Shown: piece after piece, positions 8,323 through 12,746 of the stretch
Layout of the letters: every line of letters starts with the position of its first letter
Numbering within the stretch: position 1 is the stretch's first letter
NCBI RefSeq assembly: GCF_006345805.1
Contig: NW_021826496.1
Coordinates: 1-12,746, forward strand
Direction of reading: 5' to 3'
DNA length: 12,746 nucleotides
Source: Octopus sinensis
Taxonomy: Eukaryota
Notes under the pieces: model-generated
Told to the model about the DNA's origin: nothing
The model's input: only the letters and a program-made list of their open reading frames with translations
Database searches by the model: none
Made by a program: the position numbers and the translations under genes

Positions 8323-8441
8323 TAGGTGCAGGCGTGGCTGTGTAGCAAGTGGCTTGCTTCCCAACTACACGGTGCCGGGTTCAGTCCCACTACGTGGTAC
8401 CTTGGGCATGTGTCTTCTACTATATCCTTGGACCGACCAAA
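8323..8441 (+). mobile_element. SINE family A, 5' part only
   Basis: taggtgcaggcgtggctgtgtagcaag..gggttcagtcccactacgtggtaccttgggcatgtgtcttctactata..gaccaaa matches the reverse complement of about 5086-5204. Confidence 0.9.
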
Positions 8442-8497
8442 ACACACACACACACACACATACACACATATATATATATATATACACACACATATAT

Positions 8498-8542
<45 letters not shown>

Positions 8543-8697
8543 ATAGGCTTCTTTCAGTTTCCATCTATCAAATCCATACACATGGCTGTAATCGGCCCGA
8601 GGCTATAGTAGAAGACACTTGCCCAATGTGCCACGCAGTTGGACTGGACATGTGGTTGGTAAGCAAGTTACTTACCACACGGCCACTCCTGCGCCTA
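8442..8697 (-). mobile_element. SINE family A, head and core (8541-8697) plus its internal CA/TA microsatellite (8442-8540); 3' body absent
   Basis: ggcttctttcagtttcc..cggcccgaggctatagtagaagacacttgccca..cttaccacacggccactcctgcgccta matches 5045-5204, with a deletion of about 10 nt just 5' of the B box. Confidence 0.9.
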
Positions 8698-8871
8698 CAT
8701 ATATATAACTTATAAATAAAATATTTAAAGTGCCTTAGAGATCTTTAATACTTGGTGTTTAGAATATCCATGGCATCCACTAGTTTGCCTTCAAATGTTG
8801 AAGTATAAACAAGTGTTACTATGGATTTTATCATTGAGACTCTCTCTGTGTGGAATATGAATTATTGTGGA

Positions 8872-9448
8872 AACGAGACAATTTGGCGCGGCTCTTGGCT
8901 AGACGCTGGCGTTTGTGGCGCGGCTCTTGGTTGGACGCTGGCGTTTGTGGCGCGGCTCTTGTTTTAATCCTGAAGGTTTTGGCGCGACTGTTGTTTGAAC
9001 GCTGTCGATTTTGACGAAGGTTGTTGTTTGGACGCTGGCGATTCTGGTGCGACTGTTGTTAGAATGCTGGCGATTTTGGCGAAGGCTGTTTGAGAGCCGG
9101 TGATTTGGCTCGGCTGATTGAACATCCAGCCTGTTTTGGTCACAGTACTTTTTGGCACAGAAGGCAAACACACATACGCATACAAATAGAAACAGAATGA
9201 GACAATGAAAGAGATATTGCAATTTATTAATTGAATACGATTGATATAAACACTTCGCCCTCCCCTCCCTTCACCTCATACGCATAAAGAGAAATAGGTT
9301 CACACACAGAAAGAAGGGAAAGAGGAGAGAGAAAACAAGATAAACATCAAGACCTGATAAGGGTTAAAGGAGAAACAAGTTAAAACGAGGGAAACATTAA
9401 AACGTCGTGACAGCGGCGCCAAACAAGCAGCGCCAAAACGGCTCCGTT
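8872..9448. mobile_element. Putative non-autonomous DNA transposon (MITE-like) with imperfect terminal inverted repeats
   Basis: Left end AACG-AGACAATTTGGCGCGG vs reverse complement of right end AACGGAGCCGTTTTGGCGCTG (16 of 21 by eye); TTTGGCGC subrepeats inverted at both ends; no TSD found. Confidence 0.45.
8882..9120. repeat. Degenerate GC-rich minisatellite, period about 32 bp, 7-8 units
   Basis: The anchor TGGCGCG/TGACGAA/TGGTGCG recurs at 8884, 8916, 8948, 8980, 9012, 9045, 9077 and 9106. Confidence 0.85.
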
Positions 9449-9689
9449 AAAATGACTCACACTCAAATTACCATTCACAATGCAATGATATGCAGGAATT
9501 CGGTATTGGTAGATTTGATGAAAGAATGATAAAAATACCTCGTGGTATTTATTTACATAACTTTTACCTGCTGGGATAATAAAATAAATAAGTAAATAAA
9601 TACCAGTCAACTACTGGGGCCGATTGACTCAATAGTACCTCTTCAAAGTTGTGGAATTTGGATTTGATCCTTCTGCCCTGCAACTGGAA

Positions 9690-9755
9690 CCTCTGTCCCT
9701 GCCGCAGGTTGTCCAAAGTCTTGTGTATGAAATTTGGTAGACAGAAACTATAAAA
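9690..9755 (+). mobile_element. Diverged internal fragment of SINE family A
   Basis: ccaaagtcttgtgtatgaaatttggtagacagaaactataaaaga vs family A ccaaagccttgtgagtggatttggtagacggaaactgaaagaa. Confidence 0.6.
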
Positions 9756-9991
9756 GACGGTGAGCTGGCAGAAACGTTAGCATGCCGGGCGAAATACTTT
9801 GCGGCATTTCGTTTGCCGTTATGTTCTGAGTTCAAATTCCGCCGAGGTCGATTTTGCCTTTCATCCTTTTGGGGTCGATAAATTAATTACCAGTTACGCA
9901 CTGGGGTCGATGTGCTCGACTGCACCCGCCCCCCACACACACACACACCCACAAATTTCGGGCCTTGTGCCTAGAATAGAAAAGAATAATT
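9756..9991 (+). mobile_element. tRNA-related SINE family B, near full length
   Basis: Head ggtgagctggcagaaacgttagc, B-box-like GAGTTCAAATTCC (9828-9840), central GGTCGATTTTGCCTTTCATCC..GGGGTCGATAAA domain, short (CA)n, A-rich end; second diverged copy at 1608-1745. Confidence 0.8.
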
Positions 9992-10332
9992 CTGTCAGTC
10001 TACGACCTTAAAAGTGTTGCACACCATTATTGTCAAGAAGCGTATATATTCGATAAAATTTGGTAAGTCTTGCGGTGCTTTGCGTCAGGAAAACTTAATT
10101 CCATAATGTTTAATTCATTACGCAAGCAATGTTTCAGCTTAATGTAGGCGGGAATGGCAAATATGGATTAAATATTTCAAGAACGAACGCCAATAGATTC
10201 GTTCTTTGAATTATATATGACATCATGGTCGTCTTTATACACTGCAATTTATGAAAACAATTCGAAATTTAAATTTTGAAAGAAGTTAAAGAAGGCGGGT
10301 TTTTATGCTGAAAAGCAATATTCTGTAACAGG

Positions 10333-10383
10333 CTCTCTCTCTCTCTTTCACTCTCCCTCTCCCTCTCCCTATCTCTATCTCTT
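10333..10383 (+). repeat. (CT)n / CTCTCC microsatellite
   Basis: Direct. Confidence 0.9.
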
Positions 10384-10403
10384 TGTGCCATACACTCAGA
10401 TGC

Positions 10404-10688
10404 ATATATGTATATATAAGGATCGATATGACATACATAGAAATATATATATATATAGATATTATAATACATGCGCGATATATATATATATATAGATATA
10501 TTATATATATATATTATATATATAGTATATATATATATATATATATCTATATATATATATCTATATATATATAATATATATTCTATGTATGTACGTTTTC
10601 AAATATTTATGCATGTACATATATAACATATACGCATATATATATATATATATATATGATACATATATAACATACATATATATAAATA

Positions 10689-10743
<55 letters not shown>

Positions 10744-10755
10744 ATATATATAAAT

Positions 10756-10796
<41 letters not shown>

Positions 10797-10986
10797 CGCA
10801 TGTATATATATATATATTATATATATATATTTCTATGTATGTACGTTTTCAAATATTTATGCATGTACATATATAACATATACGCATATATATCATATAT
10901 ATATATGCATACATATATACATACATATATATAAATATCTATATATATATTATATATATATATATATAATATATATATATATATAA

Positions 10987-11018
<32 letters not shown>
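10404..11018. repeat. Long interrupted (TA)n array with an internal duplication
   Basis: Direct; 63-bp identical segments at 10581-10643 and 10831-10893. Confidence 0.95.
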
Positions 11019-11019
<1 letters not shown>

Positions 11020-11022
<3 letters not shown>

Positions 11023-11403
11023 TATATCGTGGTACTCCATCGTTACGACGACGAGGGTCCAGTTGATCCAAACAACGGAACAGCCTGCTCGTGAAATTAA
11101 TGTGCAAGTGGCTGAGTACTCCACAGACACATGTAGCCTTAACGTAATTCTCGGGGAGATTCGGCGTGGCACACAGTGTGACAAGGCCGGCCCTTTGAAA
11201 TACAGGTACAACAGAAACAGGAAGGGAGACTGAGAGAAAATTGTGGTGAAAGAGTACAGCAGGGGTCGCCACCATCCCCTGCCGGAGCCTCGTGGAGCTT
11301 TAGGTATTTTCGCTCAATAAACACTCACAACGCCCGGTCTGGGAATCGAAGCTGCGATCCTACGACCGCTAGTACGCTGCCCAAACCACTGGGCCATTGC
11401 GCC
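11020..11403 (-). mobile_element. Full-length tRNA-derived SINE (family D), about 380 bp
   Basis: Minus-strand head GGCGCAATGGCCCAGTGG..GCTTCGATTCC: A box at 11386-11396, B box at 11342-11352 (one mismatch to GGTTCGATTCC); flanked by (TA)n and (TA)/(TG)n arrays; partial second copy at 5369-5487. Confidence 0.9.
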
Positions 11404-11663
11404 TCACACATATATATATATCTGTGTGTGTGTGTGTGTGTGTACACGTACATATATACACGTGCACATATATATTCTGTGAAAGGGAACACATTCATAA
11501 ATATCAAATAAATAACAACTAAAAAGGTTAATACAAAAAAATACAAAAATAAATAAATAAAACTAGTAAAACCAAATTTATTTCTGCCATTCTTTGAGTT
11601 CTTTCTTTTGCGACATTTAATCTCTGGATGAGTGTATCAGAGTTCGGCTGACCTTATCTACAG

Positions 11664-11799
11664 AATTGGCAAAGAAGCAAACATGTCCTGGAGCAATGTC
11701 AAGGAAGAACTTCTTCAGACTTGAATTGTCTGTCAATTTTCTTCGACATCGCCTCAAAACAAATATTTCTCTTGCAACAGTTGGATCAGGAGTTTATTT
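11664..11799 (+). other. Candidate internal exon (136 nt) in a unique-sequence island
   Basis: CTGAC then cttatctacAG ending 11663; GTATGT plus poly-T from 11800; two of three frames open. No homology recognised. Confidence 0.2.
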
Positions 11800-11819
11800 G
11801 TATGTTTTTTTTTTCTTTA

Positions 11820-11883
11820 ATGTGCGCGCGCGTCTGTGTGTGCGCGCACGTGACATCATCATCGTCATCATCGTCGTCATCAT
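11820..11883. repeat. (CG)/(TG) alternating tract and (CAT/CGT)n microsatellite
   Basis: Direct. Confidence 0.85.
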
Positions 11884-11896
11884 TTAATGTCCACTT

Positions 11897-12139
11897 TAAC
11901 AAGATCATATCTTACAATGCCTTTGAAGTGGCAGTGCTAGTACCAACATCTGGAATATTGGACTGGACGAGATCCGCAGCCTGGACACCAAAACTAGAAA
12001 AATACTGACCACCACTTGCAACTTCCACATCAATATTGACACTGATAGGGATCGATGTGAGACAAAGAGATGGCGGCAGAGGCACGAGGTGGCGTTGTAT
12101 CACTCAGACAGCACAGGCTGAATAGGAAGAAAGAAGAAA

Positions 12140-12195
<56 letters not shown>

Positions 12196-12746
12196 AGTAG
12201 ATGCCATGCAAACTCGAAAGTGGAAGCAACATCTTGAGAATTCCTGAAGAACTACCGAGCAAACATTCTAAGAATACAACTGTCTCATGAATCACAAAAG
12301 AGGCTGGACCGGTCTATCTAAGCACTAAAGCTTGGGAGAGAAGCAGGCACCATACCAGCAAAAACCAATGCATGGATGCATATCCTGTAAGCTGGAGGAT
12401 AACAACAATATTGACAGGAGGAGTAGCCTCTTCTGGGGCTGCGATTGATACTCTACGTCCCGCATAGAAAAATATGCCTTCCCTATCCAGGAACAAGAGA
12501 CAGCTAGTAAATAGCTGATAAACAAGAGACAAAAAATACCACCAAAGCTCCACGTTGTGATAGAGAATGTGGGGTTAGCTATACCAGTGTCGAAGATATG
12601 ACCCACATCATAAGCAGCTGCCCCTAAATGTCTTCGAGATATTACCTATCCCTTTGGCATGATATAGTTGCAGAGAATTTTTGCAACGCTATCCACGGGA
12701 AGGATTGTCCTAACGTATACATCAAAGCCATGTTGGAACCAGCATG
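11897..12746 (+). mobile_element. R4/Dong-like RLE non-LTR retrotransposon relic (copy 3), heavily degraded, runs off the window
   Basis: Frames join as NKIISYNAFEVAVLVPTSGILDWT / EIRSLDTKTRKILTTTCNFHINIDTDR / VRQRDGGRG .. KPMHG .. SRIEKYAFPIQEQE .. CDRECGVSYTSVEDMTHIISSCP*MSSRYYLSLWHDIV; colinear with the thumb and CCHC region of copy 2. Confidence 0.88.
12127..12196 (+). repeat. (GAAA)n microsatellite inside LINE copy 3
   Basis: Direct. Confidence 0.95.

Noticed and set aside
11325-11403. tRNA gene
   Set aside because: A and B boxes are present, but no proper acceptor stem is evident and the sequence continues into a repeated SINE body; same for the heads at 5140-5204 and 8323-8390.

Overview
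AT-rich eukaryotic non-coding (intronic or intergenic) DNA made almost entirely of microsatellites and decayed transposons. The tRNA-derived SINE families look like those of Octopus/coleoid cephalopods, but that is pattern recognition from memory, not a search result. No intact protein-coding gene is visible, and most of the supplied ORFs are translations of simple repeats. Real coding relics: a Tc1/mariner (maT, DD37D-type) transposase C-terminus (2904-3322, -) and three divergent, 5'-truncated R4/Dong-like non-LTR retrotransposons of the restriction-like-endonuclease (RLE) group (5488-6187 -, 6262-7462 -, 11897-12746 +). At least three SINE families occur in several copies. Best leads: a minimal type-I hammerhead ribozyme motif (5242-5287, -); a perfect 27-bp direct repeat exactly 1000 bp apart that brackets the hammerhead element; a 5x23-bp tandem array at a LINE 3' end; two RLE LINEs stacked in a (TAA)n array; a fold-back SINE pair; a MITE-like element with a 32-bp subterminal minisatellite; and two weak candidate exons.
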